The notes under the pieces were generated by a model. That model saw only the letters and a program-made list of their open reading frames with translations. It had not been told where the DNA came from and did not search any database. Source: Candidatus Omnitrophota bacterium (GTDB lineage Bacteria; Omnitrophota; Gorgyraeia; DTHP01). From it: 64,000 nt of DNA. The translations under genes were made by a program, and so were the position numbers. Below, piece after piece: positions 19,153-29,333 of this stretch; position 1 is the first letter of the stretch, and each line of letters opens with the position of its first letter. Location: positions 22,566 through 86,565 of the forward strand of contig JAMWCW010000005.1 in the NCBI GenBank assembly GCA_023819145.1. The letters run 5' to 3'.

Positions 19153-20781
19153 CTAAGGATTAAATTTCGCTTTTAGTTTATCAATATTTGACTGGAGATT
19201 AGCGCGCCTCTTTAGGTCTTTAAACCAAATTTCAAAATGTTCCTGTTGTTTCTTGGATAAGGTTTTTTCGCGGAAAGCCTCTTTATCTTTCTCAAAATCC
19301 TCTTCTTTTACGGAAATTTTTTCCTCAAGACGCAAAATCACAAAACCTCTTTCTGTTTTAACTATTGAGGTAGCGACTTGATTAGGATTTAGAGAGAAGC
19401 CAGTCTCTGTAAATTCCTCGGATTTACCAATTCCAGGGATGTAACTGGTGCGGGTGATAAGTTCGGTAGAGACAGGAGTTAAATTGAGTTCTTTCGCTAC
19501 CTCATCCCAATTTCTTGTTTTTAATTCTTCTAAGACCTTCTCCGCTTTTTCCTTTGCCATGAGGTTTGCTTTTTCTTTCTTTAATAATTCTTCAACCTTA
19601 TCTTTTACTTCATTAAATTCAGGGACATAAGGAGGTTTCTTTTCTTTTACTTTCAAAAAGAGATACCCATTTTTAATCTCAATGGGGTCGGATATTTCTC
19701 CTGGCTTCAGCCTAAATGCGTAGTTATAGAATTTTAAGTTAAAACCTATTTCCGGAAGAACTGTGTCTAAGGAAAAATAATCGGTTACTTTGAACAAAAC
19801 CCCATATTTCTTTGCCAATTCTTCTAAGTTTGCCTGAGGGGTGAGTTTTCCTATAAGCTCATTCCTAATTTCTTCCACTTTATCCATCACTCTTTGGCTG
19901 GTTAATCGGGTTTTGATTTTGCCTTTTGTCTCCTCCGTAAGCACTGGCTCGGGAACTGCTTGAGGAGTTTCTTGTTGGCTTTGCGGGGTAGGGGGGAGGG
20001 CAAATTCCTCTTTGTGGCTTTCAAAATATTCCTTAATCTCTTCTTCAGAAATGTTTATTTCTTTCTCTAACATCAACGGGTCTATGAAAATATATTCTAC
20101 TTTTACCGTCTCGGGTTTGCGTAAGAAATCTTTGTTTAAGGTGTAATAGTCAAGAAGTTCTTTCTCGTCCTTTATCTCTACTTTCTCCAGGAAATCTTTT
20201 GTCTCAATAATAAAATAGGAAAATTTTGCCTTTTCATTTTCCTTCACATATTCTTCCTTTAATTCTTCTTCCGAAAGTTTTACCTCGTTATAAATTTTTT
20301 CTACTAACTTAGAAATTTTTAAAGAAGCGCGCATTTCTTCTTCAAACCTTAAAGGATTTGTGCGCAGGTAATATTTTAAAACCCACTCATAAATTTGAGG
20401 GTCGAATTTACCATCTTTTTGAAAAAGAGGAAGATTTCTTAAACGTTCAATTAATTCTTCGTCTTTTACTTTAATCTTTTGTCTCTTTGCCTCTTCTAAA
20501 AGCATCAGCCTATCCCAGGCTTGGCTGTCCAAATCAAGGTATTGGGCAATCTGGTCAAAGAGTTTTCCGTAGATAAGGATTGCTTGATTTCTCACAGCTT
20601 CCCAACTTTCCAGGTATTTTTCTAAACTTATTTTGCGGTTAAATACTTTACCCGCTTGTCCCTGAGCGCGTTCACGGAGCATTGCCCCTCCGCCCCAGAG
20701 CACAAATGCCGGAATGAGAATGATGGCTAAAATCCACATTACTGCCTTTACATTTTCTTTCTTGCGCATTGCCTTTAACAT
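19153..20781 (-). CDS. ppiD: Periplasmic chaperone/peptidyl-prolyl isomerase, PpiD/SurA family (N-terminal membrane anchor)
   Basis: N-terminal TM (VMWILAIILIPAFVLWG), SurA-N-like chaperone region, parvulin rotamase region. Start chosen at the internal ATG preceded by AAAGGAG; the track's start at 20847 is an alternative. Confidence 0.75.
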   Translation of the reverse strand: MLKAMRKKENVKAVMWILAIILIPAFVLWGGGAMLRERAQGQAGKVFNRKISLEKYLESWEAVRNQAILIYGKLFDQIAQYLDLDSQAWDRLMLLEEAKRQKIKVKDEELIERLRNLPLFQKDGKFDPQIYEWVLKYYLRTNPLRFEEEMRASLKISKLVEKIYNEVKLSEEELKEEYVKENEKAKFSYFIIETKDFLEKVEIKDEKELLDYYTLNKDFLRKPETVKVEYIFIDPLMLEKEINISEEEIKEYFESHKEEFALPPTPQSQQETPQAVPEPVLTEETKGKIKTRLTSQRVMDKVEEIRNELIGKLTPQANLEELAKKYGVLFKVTDYFSLDTVLPEIGFNLKFYNYAFRLKPGEISDPIEIKNGYLFLKVKEKKPPYVPEFNEVKDKVEELLKKEKANLMAKEKAEKVLEELKTRNWDEVAKELNLTPVSTELITRTSYIPGIGKSEEFTETGFSLNPNQVATSIVKTERGFVILRLEEKISVKEEDFEKDKEAFREKTLSKKQQEHFEIWFKDLKRRANLQSNIDKLKAKFNP

Positions 20782-20913
20782 TGAGACTCCTTTCTTTTTT
20801 AAAAGTTTGGTTTTAAACATCATACTACATAATGTTTTCTTGTGCAAATAAAAAAGGTTGAAAATTGTCTTTAGGTAGAATATAATACCCTAAAATTACA
20901 AAAAGGAGAAGAG

Positions 20914-21528
20914 ATGGCAGAAGATATTCAGAGCTTATTAAAAAAGATTCAGGAAGAGGGGATTAAGGAAGCGGAAGAGAAAGCAACTGCGATTGAGAGA
21001 GAAGCAAAGCGACGTGCTGAAGAGATTTTAAAGAGTGCAAGAGAAGAGGCGGAGAAGTTAATCAAAGAGGCAAAGGCAAAAATTCTCCAAGAAGAAGCCT
21101 ATACTAAAACTTTGCTTCAACAAGCAAGTCGCGACACTCTCCTGGTTATTAAAAAAGAGATTAATACCCTACTTCAGAAAATAATTCTTTTAGAAATTCG
21201 AGAGATATTTAAGCCAGAAGAGTTAAGCAGAATTATCTCAACCCTCGTAAAAGAATACAAGGGCGATCCGACCCAAGAGATAACTGTTTTACTCAAAAGA
21301 GAGGATGCAGATAATATTAGGAATCACTATCTGAACAAACTTAAAGAAGAGGTAAAAAGGGGTATATTGGTGAAGCAATCCGATGAACTTACAGGCGGGT
21401 TTCTTATTAGTTATGATGGTGGAAAATCATATTTTGATTTTAGCGATAGAGCTTTAGCAGAATACATTGGTAACTATTTAAAACCACGATTAAAAGATTT
21501 ACTTAGCGATGTGGTCAAGGAGTCCTGA
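20914..21528 (+). CDS. atpE: V-type ATP synthase subunit E
   Basis: 204-aa K/E-rich helical N-terminus with a globular C-terminus; first gene of the V-ATPase operon. Confidence 0.75.
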   Translation: MAEDIQSLLKKIQEEGIKEAEEKATAIEREAKRRAEEILKSAREEAEKLIKEAKAKILQEEAYTKTLLQQASRDTLLVIKKEINTLLQKIILLEIREIFKPEELSRIISTLVKEYKGDPTQEITVLLKREDADNIRNHYLNKLKEEVKRGILVKQSDELTGGFLISYDGGKSYFDFSDRALAEYIGNYLKPRLKDLLSDVVKES

Positions 21529-21531
21529 AAT

Positions 21532-22059
21532 ATGCCACGTTACTACACCTATCTTATTTCCAGCCTCCCTTTTCTTAAATTTGACAAAGAACCTCCTTTT
21601 AGTTTCTTGAGATTTTTAGATAAGTGTATGGATTTTATCAGTGAGGAGGAACTGGTGCTGATGAAGACTATCCCTGAGAAAGAGCCCGAGATTCCCCAGA
21701 TAAAACAGAAGACTTTAAAGAGATGGTTTAATTTTGATTTTGCCTTAAGAAATGAATTGATAAAACAGAGGGCATTGATTAGGAATAAGGAGCCGTATAA
21801 ATATTTAAGAAAGACAGAAGAGAATTTATCTCTTTACTCTCTCCAAATCATTAATCAAGCCGTTAAGAATCCTTCCCCACTTGAAGCAGAAAAGATGCTT
21901 GATAGGCTAAGATGGGATTTTCTTGAAGAATTAGAAGCCAGACACTTCTTTGATTTTGATTTTTTGGTTGTCTATGGCATTAAACTTTCTATCCTTGAGC
22001 GTTGGGACAGAATACAAAAAGCAGACAAGGAAGCTCTTTTAGAGCATTTGGTTAATTAA
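21532..22059 (+). CDS. V-ATPase operon hypothetical protein (DUF2764-like, as found between atpE and atpA in Chlamydia/Borrelia)
   Basis: 175 aa with no known motif; the position between E and A matches the conserved uncharacterised gene of chlamydial/spirochaetal V-ATPase operons. Confidence 0.5.
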   Translation: MPRYYTYLISSLPFLKFDKEPPFSFLRFLDKCMDFISEEELVLMKTIPEKEPEIPQIKQKTLKRWFNFDFALRNELIKQRALIRNKEPYKYLRKTEENLSLYSLQIINQAVKNPSPLEAEKMLDRLRWDFLEELEARHFFDFDFLVVYGIKLSILERWDRIQKADKEALLEHLVN

Positions 22060-22060
22060 G

Positions 22061-23806
22061 ATGACAAGAAAAGGCAGGATTGTAAAAATAAGTGGGAGTA
22101 TGATAGCGGTAGAGTTTAAAGAATTTGTTTTACAGAATGAAGTCGCTTACATTATTCATGGAGAAGAGAGACTTAAATCCGAGGTAATCAGGATTAGAGG
22201 TAATATTGCTGAACTTCAGGTTTATGAGAATACCGATGGCGTAAAAGTGGGAGACAGTGTAGAGTTTACTGGTGAGCTTCTTTCCGTAGAGCTTGGGCCA
22301 GGTTTACTCGGGCAAATTTTTGATGGTCTGCAAAATCCGCTTACTCTTTTGGCAGAACGCTTTGGTTTCTTCTTAAAGCGCGGAGCATACCTTAAAGCCC
22401 TTTCCGAGGAAAGCTTATGGGAATTTACTCCCTTGGTAAAAAAAGGGGACAAGGTAAAAGCAGGAGATAAATTGGGTTTTGTTCCCGAGAAGATATTCAA
22501 GCATTATATTATGGTTCCCTTTGCTTTTAGTGGCGTTTTTGAAATAGAGAGTATTGTTGAGAAAGGCAGTTACAATTTAAGACAACCAATTGCCCATTTA
22601 AAAGATAAAGAACAACGGACTCAGGAAGTTTTTCTTAAGCAATCCTGGCCAGTGAAGATTCCCATTAGAGCATATCGGGAGAGACTTTTACCGGAGAAAA
22701 CTCTGGTGACCAAAATGCGCCTTATTGATTCGCTCTTTCCTGTGGCTTTAGGAGGAACCTATTGTATCCCTGGTCCTTTTGGTTCGGGTAAGACGGTTTT
22801 ACAACAGCTAATCAGTAGACACGCAGAAGTAGATATCGTAATCATTGCCGCCTGTGGAGAACGGGCAGGAGAGGTGGTGGAAACCTTAAAGACTTTTCCC
22901 CAGATTACTGACCCGCGCACAGCAAGACCGTTAAGCGACCGTACAGTGATTATCTGCAACACCAGTTCCATGCCCGTGGCTTCCCGGGAATCAAGCGTCT
23001 ACACTGCGGTTACCATTGCCGAATATTATCGGCAGATGGGGCTTAATGTTTTACTCCTTGCAGATTCCACTTCCCGCTGGGCGCAGGCAATGCGTGAGAT
23101 TTCTGGAAGGCTTGAAGAAATTCCTGGTGAAGAGGCTTTTCCTGCTTATTTGGAATCGCGCATCGCTTCCTTTTACGAACGCGCAGGAAGTGTAAGGTTA
23201 AATGACGGAACAGTTGCTTCTGTAACCATTGGAGGAACAGTTAGCCCTGCGGGAGGGAATTTTGAAGAACCGGTTACGCAGGCAACCTTAAAGGTTGTAG
23301 GAGCATTTTTGGGACTTTCCCGTGAACGTGCGGAAGCAAGAAAATATCCCGCGATAGACCCTTTAATCAGCTGGTCGAAATATAAGAGTTTTATCGATGA
23401 AGATAAAGTCCGCTACCTGCATACGGTTTTGCGTCGAGCCAACGAAATTTCCCAGATGATGAAAGTAGTAGGCGAGGAGGGGATTACGCTTGAAGATTAT
23501 GTAGATTCTTTAAAGGGAGAGTTTTTTGACTTTGTTTATCTTCAGCAGAATGCCTTTGACCCAATAGATGAAGCCACTCCTCAGGAAAGGCAAAAACATG
23601 TTTTTGATTTTATCTATCACAAGGTTATAAAAGAAGATTTTGCTCTCCAAGATAAAGAACAGGCGTTAAAATTCTTCCAAAAATTAAGACAACTCTTTAA
23701 GAGTTGGAATTCAGAAGCCTGGCAAAGCGAAGGTTTTGTAAGTCTGGAGAAAGAAATTAAGATATTCTTGGATGAGAAGAAGAGAGTAAAGAGTAATCAT
23801 GTATAA
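22061..23806 (+). CDS. atpA: V-type ATP synthase catalytic subunit A
   Basis: Walker [10 protein letters not shown], the non-homologous region typical of A subunits, 581 aa. Confidence 0.93.
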   Translation: MTRKGRIVKISGSMIAVEFKEFVLQNEVAYIIHGEERLKSEVIRIRGNIAELQVYENTDGVKVGDSVEFTGELLSVELGPGLLGQIFDGLQNPLTLLAERFGFFLKRGAYLKALSEESLWEFTPLVKKGDKVKAGDKLGFVPEKIFKHYIMVPFAFSGVFEIESIVEKGSYNLRQPIAHLKDKEQRTQEVFLKQSWPVKIPIRAYRERLLPEKTLVTKMRLIDSLFPVALGGTYCIPGPFGSGKTVLQQLISRHAEVDIVIIAACGERAGEVVETLKTFPQITDPRTARPLSDRTVIICNTSSMPVASRESSVYTAVTIAEYYRQMGLNVLLLADSTSRWAQAMREISGRLEEIPGEEAFPAYLESRIASFYERAGSVRLNDGTVASVTIGGTVSPAGGNFEEPVTQATLKVVGAFLGLSRERAEARKYPAIDPLISWSKYKSFIDEDKVRYLHTVLRRANEISQMMKVVGEEGITLEDYVDSLKGEFFDFVYLQQNAFDPIDEATPQERQKHVFDFIYHKVIKEDFALQDKEQALKFFQKLRQLFKSWNSEAWQSEGFVSLEKEIKIFLDEKKRVKSNHV

Positions 23807-25094
23807 GGTCTATACAGAGATTTTGGAGATTGCTGGAGATGTAATCACGGTTGAGGCCGAGAATGTGGGTTATGCGGAGATAGCCGAGGTAATCTCCAGT
23901 CTCGGGACATCTCTTGCTCAAGTGATTCGTTTGGAGGGAAATAAGGTTTTTCTTCAGGTTTTTGCCGGTAGCAAAGGCATCTCCACGGGAGACAAGGTTA
24001 GATTTTTAGGCCATCCCTTGCGTGTGGCAAGTGGAGAGGCGCTCTTGGGAAGAATTTTTAATGGCACAGGGCTACCCCGAGATAAAGGCCCGAGTCTTTC
24101 TGAACAGGTGGTAGAGATTGGTGGGCCTCCGGTTAATCCCGTGAAAAGATTGATTCCCCATAAGCTGGTGCATACTGGCATTCCTTTGATAGACCTTTTT
24201 AATTCTTTGGTAGAATCGCAGAAGATTCCCATCTTTTCTATTCCCGGTGAACCCTACAATGAACTCTTGGCGCGCATTGCAGTACAGGCGGAGATGGATA
24301 TAATTATTCTCGGGGGAATGGGACTTAAGTATGACGACTATCTTTTTTTCCGCAACATTCTTGAGGAGAAAAATGCTTTTGGAAGAACGGTATTCTTTGT
24401 GCATACCGCCTCCGACCCTATCGTAGAATGTTTATTGGTTCCGGACATAAGCGTAGCGGTTGCCGAGGATTTTGCGTTGAAAGGAAAGCGAGTTTTGGTT
24501 CTGCTTACAGATATGACCAATTTTTGTGACGCTTTAAAAGAAATTTCCATTACCATGGAACAGATTCCTTCCAATCGCGGTTATCCCGGAGATTTATACA
24601 CCCAGTTAGCAAAAAGATATGAAAAAGCAGTAGATTTTGAAGGAGCAGGCTCCATCACCATCATTTCCGTTACCACCATGCCCGGCGATGATGTTACCCA
24701 TCCCATTCCCGATAACACCGGTTACATTACCGAAGGGCAGTTTTATCTTAAGAATAAAGCGATTGAGCCCTTTGGTTCTTTAAGCAGATTGAGACAACAG
24801 GTAAATGCCACCACCCGTTCCGACCATCGCACCTTAATGGATACCATGATTCAATTGTTTGCGCAATACCGAGAAACTTTAGAAAAACGGGCGATGGGAT
24901 TTAAGATGACCGATTGGGATAAAAAACTTTTGCGTTACGGAGCGATGTTTGAAAAAAGGATGATGTCTTTGGAAGTAAACCTTCCGCTTAAAGAAGCGCT
25001 TGATTTAGGCTGGCAGATTTTGGCAGATTGTTTTAAGCCCGAAGAAACAGGGATAAAGCTCAGCCTCATTGAAGAGTACTGGCCTAAAAAGTAG
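23799..25094 (+). CDS. atpB: V-type ATP synthase subunit B
   Basis: 431 aa, ATPase alpha/beta fold without a canonical P-loop (non-catalytic); overlaps atpA. Confidence 0.9.
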   Translation: MYKVYTEILEIAGDVITVEAENVGYAEIAEVISSLGTSLAQVIRLEGNKVFLQVFAGSKGISTGDKVRFLGHPLRVASGEALLGRIFNGTGLPRDKGPSLSEQVVEIGGPPVNPVKRLIPHKLVHTGIPLIDLFNSLVESQKIPIFSIPGEPYNELLARIAVQAEMDIIILGGMGLKYDDYLFFRNILEEKNAFGRTVFFVHTASDPIVECLLVPDISVAVAEDFALKGKRVLVLLTDMTNFCDALKEISITMEQIPSNRGYPGDLYTQLAKRYEKAVDFEGAGSITIISVTTMPGDDVTHPIPDNTGYITEGQFYLKNKAIEPFGSLSRLRQQVNATTRSDHRTLMDTMIQLFAQYRETLEKRAMGFKMTDWDKKLLRYGAMFEKRMMSLEVNLPLKEALDLGWQILADCFKPEETGIKLSLIEEYWPKK

Positions 25095-25115
25095 TCAAGG
25101 GGCAAGAATAAGAGC

Positions 25116-25727
25116 ATGAAGATAAGATTAACACGTGATGAATTAAAACGACAGCGCGATGCTTTAAGCCGTTTTCAGAGATACCTTCCCATTCTGGAAG
25201 TAAAAAAGAAACAATTACAGATGGAAATCTTACACCAAGAACTCTTGCTGGAAAGAAAGAGAGAAGAAGCTAAAAAAAAGAAAGAGCAAATCTTGAACTG
25301 GGCAGGCCTTTTGGCAGATAGCGGGCTTGATTTAAAACCCTGGATTTTACCGCAAAAAAGACTCTACACCACCAAAAACATTGCGGGCATAGACATTCCT
25401 TACCTTGAGAAATTGGAATTTAGTCCCGTTGATTATGATTTGTTTCTCGTTCCTTTATGGGTAGATTATGCCCTTGATGCTTTGAAGGAATGGGTTTCTT
25501 TAAGAGCAGAAGTTGCCAACTTAGAAGAGATAATCGCCATTCTAAAGGAAGAGTTACGCATTACTACCCAGAGGGTAAATCTCTTTGAGAAGATAAAAAT
25601 TCCCCAAGCCGAAGAGGCAATACGCGTCATCAAAATATACTTGGGAGACCAGATGGCAAATGCGGTGGCAAGAAGTAAATTGGCAAAGAAGAAACTTGAG
25701 GAATACGAGGAGGCAGTCATTCGATGA
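25116..25727 (+). CDS. atpD: V-type ATP synthase subunit D
   Basis: 203-aa coiled-coil central stalk protein; follows B. Confidence 0.8.
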   Translation: MKIRLTRDELKRQRDALSRFQRYLPILEVKKKQLQMEILHQELLLERKREEAKKKKEQILNWAGLLADSGLDLKPWILPQKRLYTTKNIAGIDIPYLEKLEFSPVDYDLFLVPLWVDYALDALKEWVSLRAEVANLEEIIAILKEELRITTQRVNLFEKIKIPQAEEAIRVIKIYLGDQMANAVARSKLAKKKLEEYEEAVIR

Positions 25728-27526
25728 TTGTTCCCATGAAAAAAATAACGGTGATTGTCCAAGCAAAGGATAAGAAGGCCTTGGTTGAAGAATTGGGAAG
25801 ACTTGGGCTGTTGCACATAGAGCATATCCAGACTCCTTCAGGCAGAGACTTGAATTTGATTAAAGAGGAAATTCAGCAGGTAGAAGAGGCGATGAGGATT
25901 CTTAACTCTCTTGTCTCTTCTAGTAACGGTTTTTTAGCTAAAGAAGAGGATTTGGGAGATTTTAAGAATTTTACTCTCCAAATTTTAGATTTAGCAAAGA
26001 GGATGAAAGAGTTAGAGAGTGATAACCGCGAGCTTGAAATTCGGATAAACGAGTGGAAAGAGTGGGGAGATTTTGACCCTCAGGCAGTTAAAGCACTGCA
26101 CGAAGAAAACATTTCGGTCAAATTCTATAAAATTCCTCTTAAGGATTTGAAAAATCTTCCCTCCGATATTGTGGTAAAAGAAATTTCCAGACGCCGAGGT
26201 TTGGCGAATTGCATAGTGATTTCGCGCAGGGAAATAAATCTTTCCTTCTGGGAGATGCCTCTTCCTGAGATGGGATTAGAAGCAATGGAGCAAAGGTGGC
26301 GGGAGACAAAACAGCTCATTTCTTCTTTAGAGGAAGATTTAAAAGAAAAAAGTATTTTTTTACCCCTTTTAGAAAAGAAGAGGCGGAGTTTGGCAAAAGA
26401 AAAAGAGTTTCTTGAGGTAATAGATGGTATGGGTGAAACAACCGCCCTTAGTTATCTGCGGGGATACATTCCTTCTGAGGAAACAGAGCGTTTTTCCCGC
26501 GTGGCGCATCAAGCGGGATGGGGTTTAGTAATAGAGGACCCCGCTTTTAATGATAATGTTCCCACCCTTTTACGCAATCCGCGCTGGGTGCAGATATTGG
26601 CTCCCATTTTTCGCGTATTGGAAATTTTTCCTGGCTATCGCGAATTGGATATCAGCATCTGGTTTTTGATTTTTCTTTCTCTCTTTTTTGGGATACTCAT
26701 TGGGGACGCAGGTTATGGAGTAATTTATCTTCTTCTGGCTTTTTTAGTAAAGAAGCGCTGGAGATACAGGGTAAGCGATAAATCGGTTTTTCCGCTGGTT
26801 TATCTTTTAAGCATCTCGGCAATCATCTGGGGTGTTTTGAGTGGAACAATCTTTGGCCAGGAATGGCATGCTCATTTTGTTAAACCCCTTATGCCCTTTT
26901 TAAGAAACGATAGAACCATTCAGGGTTTTTGTTTCTTCTTGGGTGCTACTCATTTAAGCATTGCCCATCTCTGGAGATTCATATTAAAATCACCCCACCT
27001 CTCCAGTTTAGGGGAACTGGGCTGGATAGCTATTTTATGGGGGGTATACTTTTTAGCGCGCATGCTTATCTTAGGTGAGGCATTTCCTGTATTTGGGAAA
27101 GTTTTTTTTCTTTCGGGTTTCCTTCTCATTCTCTTTTTTACCCATCCCCAAAGGAATGTAATCAAGGGCGTGGCCAAAGGCATGGGCACACTCCTTTTAA
27201 ATTTAGTGAACAATTTTACGGATGTGGTTTCTTATATTCGTCTTTTTGCTGTCGGTCTGGCTACTGTGGCTATTTCCGATTCCTTTAATCGCCTGGCAAT
27301 GGTTGTAGGTTGGGGAGGATTTTTCCCCGGACTTATCACCTCATTTATTCTCATTTTAGGACATACATTAAACATCTTACTCGGTCCGATGTCAGTGCTT
27401 GTGCATGGAGTAAGACTTAATCTACTTGAATTTTGCAACCATCTTGAGGTAAAATGGATAGGCTTTCCCTACAAGCCCTTAAGGAATAAGGAGGAAGACC
27501 ATGGGAGATTTGTTAGGACAATTTAA
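25724..27526 (+). CDS. atpI: V-type ATP synthase subunit I (a-subunit)
   Basis: 600 aa; hydrophilic coiled-coil N-terminal half and polytopic C-terminal half with a conserved Arg-containing helix (...SYIRLFAVGLA...). Confidence 0.85.
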   Translation: MIVPMKKITVIVQAKDKKALVEELGRLGLLHIEHIQTPSGRDLNLIKEEIQQVEEAMRILNSLVSSSNGFLAKEEDLGDFKNFTLQILDLAKRMKELESDNRELEIRINEWKEWGDFDPQAVKALHEENISVKFYKIPLKDLKNLPSDIVVKEISRRRGLANCIVISRREINLSFWEMPLPEMGLEAMEQRWRETKQLISSLEEDLKEKSIFLPLLEKKRRSLAKEKEFLEVIDGMGETTALSYLRGYIPSEETERFSRVAHQAGWGLVIEDPAFNDNVPTLLRNPRWVQILAPIFRVLEIFPGYRELDISIWFLIFLSLFFGILIGDAGYGVIYLLLAFLVKKRWRYRVSDKSVFPLVYLLSISAIIWGVLSGTIFGQEWHAHFVKPLMPFLRNDRTIQGFCFFLGATHLSIAHLWRFILKSPHLSSLGELGWIAILWGVYFLARMLILGEAFPVFGKVFFLSGFLLILFFTHPQRNVIKGVAKGMGTLLLNLVNNFTDVVSYIRLFAVGLATVAISDSFNRLAMVVGWGGFFPGLITSFILILGHTLNILLGPMSVLVHGVRLNLLEFCNHLEVKWIGFPYKPLRNKEEDHGRFVRTI

Positions 27527-27947
27527 AGATTTGGGATTAGGGGCAGTGCTTGCCTTTTCTGCTCTGGGTTCAGGTTTAGGTGCGGGAGTAGCAGGAATGT
27601 CGGCAATTGGCGCTTGGAAAAAAGCCTTTGCTCAAAATAAAATTGCTCCCTTTCTCATGGTTGCTTTTGTAGGTGCACCTTTAACCCAGACCATTTACGG
27701 CATGATTCTGATGAACAGAATGGCAGATTTAATTTCTCAAGGGAGTTTTTTGTGGGGCATAGGAATTCTTTCGGGATTAGCAATGGGAATTTCCGCTTTA
27801 ATGCAAGGAAAAGCAGCTGCGGTTGCCTGCGATGCATTGGGAGAAACTGGGAAAGGTTTTGGTAACTACATTGTGGTTTTGGGAATTATTGAGACCGTGG
27901 CTTTATTTGTGATGGTGTTCACCTTGGGTATTTTAGCCAAGTTTTAG
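27501..27947 (+). CDS. atpK: V-type ATP synthase subunit K (proteolipid c-subunit)
   Basis: 148 aa, four hydrophobic helices, Gly-rich (GAGxAG) repeats, conserved Glu in the last helix (IIETVALF). Confidence 0.85.
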   Translation: MGDLLGQFKDLGLGAVLAFSALGSGLGAGVAGMSAIGAWKKAFAQNKIAPFLMVAFVGAPLTQTIYGMILMNRMADLISQGSFLWGIGILSGLAMGISALMQGKAAAVACDALGETGKGFGNYIVVLGIIETVALFVMVFTLGILAKF

Positions 27948-27964
27948 GATTTCTTAAAAACGAT

Positions 27965-28039
27965 GGGCGATTAGCTCAGCCTGGGAAGAGCACTTGACTT
28001 ACATTCAAGGGGTCAGAGGTTCAAATCCTCTATCGCCCA
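27965..28039 (+). tRNA. tRNA-Val (TAC)
   Basis: Acceptor GGGCGAT/ATCGCCC, D-arm GCTCAGCCTGGGAAGAGC, anticodon loop CTTACAT, T-arm GGTTCAAATCC. Confidence 0.8.
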
Positions 28040-28158
28040 AATTGGCGCATGGCGGTTAGGGTATAACTCGTATAAATTGTTATTTCTTTTTAGAGAAAAT
28101 TTTCGTAAAATATACAAACTCTCTTCACACTATAAACGGTAATTTGTAAACTGATTTC

Positions 28159-28237
28159 GGGCCCGTGGTGCAGCCTGGTTCAGCACGTCAGATTGTCGAT
28201 CTGAAGATCGCGAGTTCAAATCTCGTCGGGCCCGCCA
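28159..28237 (+). tRNA. tRNA-Asp (GTC), CCA encoded
   Basis: Acceptor GGGCCCG/CGGGCCC, anticodon loop TTGTCGA, T-arm AGTTCAAATCT, discriminator G, CCA. Confidence 0.8.
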
Positions 28238-28260
28238 GTTGAGAAATGGAGCGTAAGAAA

Positions 28261-28282
28261 GAAAGTCCCTATAGGGACTTTC
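28261..28282. repeat. Perfect 22-bp palindrome GAAAGTCCCTATAGGGACTTTC immediately downstream of tRNA-Asp
   Basis: Self-complementary as read. Could be the tRNA terminator stem (no U-tract) or a protein-binding or attachment-site remnant. Confidence 0.6.
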
Positions 28283-28311
28283 CGACGAGAAAACGAGGCG
28301 GCGCTCTTTTA

Positions 28312-29156
28312 AAAATAAGGTAATAGTCACCCATTTCGTACCAAATTTTTGTTGAAAGGAGCATGTTTTAATAACTTAAATATCGTAGGTAAAATGTCTT
28401 CATATCTATGATTAAATCTAAACGAAATTTCGCTCAAATAAAAAATGGAAAAACTTTTTAGGAATTCCCCTATACTGATAAAGCCAGTGTTTTGCATAAC
28501 TCCAGAACCCTTCTATGCTATTAATATGGTCTCTGCCTTTGGGTTTTCCTTTCTCTTTGCTAACAACAACATGCTCGCCTCGCAAAGCAAGTGTTGCATA
28601 CGCGTGCCAATCATCAGTGTAGTAAAGAGATCCTGGCTTTGTATGATATTGTATCAACTTTTGAACAATATCATTTTTTCTTTTGGCAATAGGAAATACC
28701 CGTATCATACCATTCCGTTTCAAAATACCAAAAACAATAATTTTACCACAAGCACCCCAACCACGTTTACCAGGTCTTTTACCTCCAAATGTCGTCTCAT
28801 CACACTCAATTTCACCTGTAAGTGGTTCGCAACATTCTTCTCTAATGCTCAACAACTTGCGAATAACTGTAAAAAATCTCTTGATTGTCTTATAAGATAT
28901 TTTAGTTCTAAACCTGAGCCGATAACCAGGAACTCCCAAAACAAAATATTCCAAAAGTTTCTTTTTATCCTTTTCAGATATCCTAAAGGAATCCCAGATA
29001 CTCTTAAAAGTATATATGTATCTACATTTGTGACACTTAAATCTGTTATCTTTACATTTCCATGCCCAGTGGTGTCCACATTTTGGACATTGCCGTTTCA
29101 TATACAGATATTTTACATAATTTTTGGTTCGTTTTCATTACCTATTACCTTATTTT
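28312..29156 (-). mobile_element. IS1595-family insertion sequence (845 bp) with perfect 15-bp terminal inverted repeats
   Basis: AAAATAAGGTAATAG at 28312-28326 is the exact reverse complement of CTATTACCTTATTTT at 29142-29156; encloses the single transposase ORF; no clear target-site duplication found. Confidence 0.75.
28418..29101 (-). CDS. IS1595-family (ISXO2-like) DDE transposase with N-terminal zinc-ribbon
   Basis: 227 aa; N-terminal CPKCGHH...CHKCRY zinc ribbon, then a DDE_Tnp_IS1595-like core (...YYTDDWHAY...); typical size for the IS1016 group. Confidence 0.8.
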   Translation of the reverse strand: MKRQCPKCGHHWAWKCKDNRFKCHKCRYIYTFKSIWDSFRISEKDKKKLLEYFVLGVPGYRLRFRTKISYKTIKRFFTVIRKLLSIREECCEPLTGEIECDETTFGGKRPGKRGWGACGKIIVFGILKRNGMIRVFPIAKRKNDIVQKLIQYHTKPGSLYYTDDWHAYATLALRGEHVVVSKEKGKPKGRDHINSIEGFWSYAKHWLYQYRGIPKKFFHFLFERNFV

Positions 29157-29333
29157 ATCGCTTAAGGGCAGAGGCGGACGAGCGACACCTTAATTTACTT
29201 GTTAAAGAGCGAGGACGCAGTCTCAGCCTTTGGCGGGACTGGCCGAATGAGATTACTTGTAATTATAAAAATAGGTTCGAACTTTGTTTAAAAGGCACCG
29301 AAAAATCTTGTTGAGGGATAACATCTTTAACAA

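Noticed and set aside
28130-28330. 66-aa minus-strand ORF
   Set aside because: Overlaps tRNA-Asp and the 22-bp palindrome; spurious.
28445-29314. 289-aa plus-strand ORF
   Set aside because: Antisense to the well-supported IS1595 transposase; low-complexity, stop-free reading of the opposite strand with no recognisable motifs.
29292-29315. Possible IS terminal repeat pairing ggtaccaaatttttgttgaaagg (28339-28360) with ggcaccgaaaaatcttgttgaggg
   Set aside because: The two segments are similar in direct rather than inverted orientation and are imperfect. The exact 15-bp inverted repeats at 28312-28326 and 29142-29156 are a far better fit for the IS ends.
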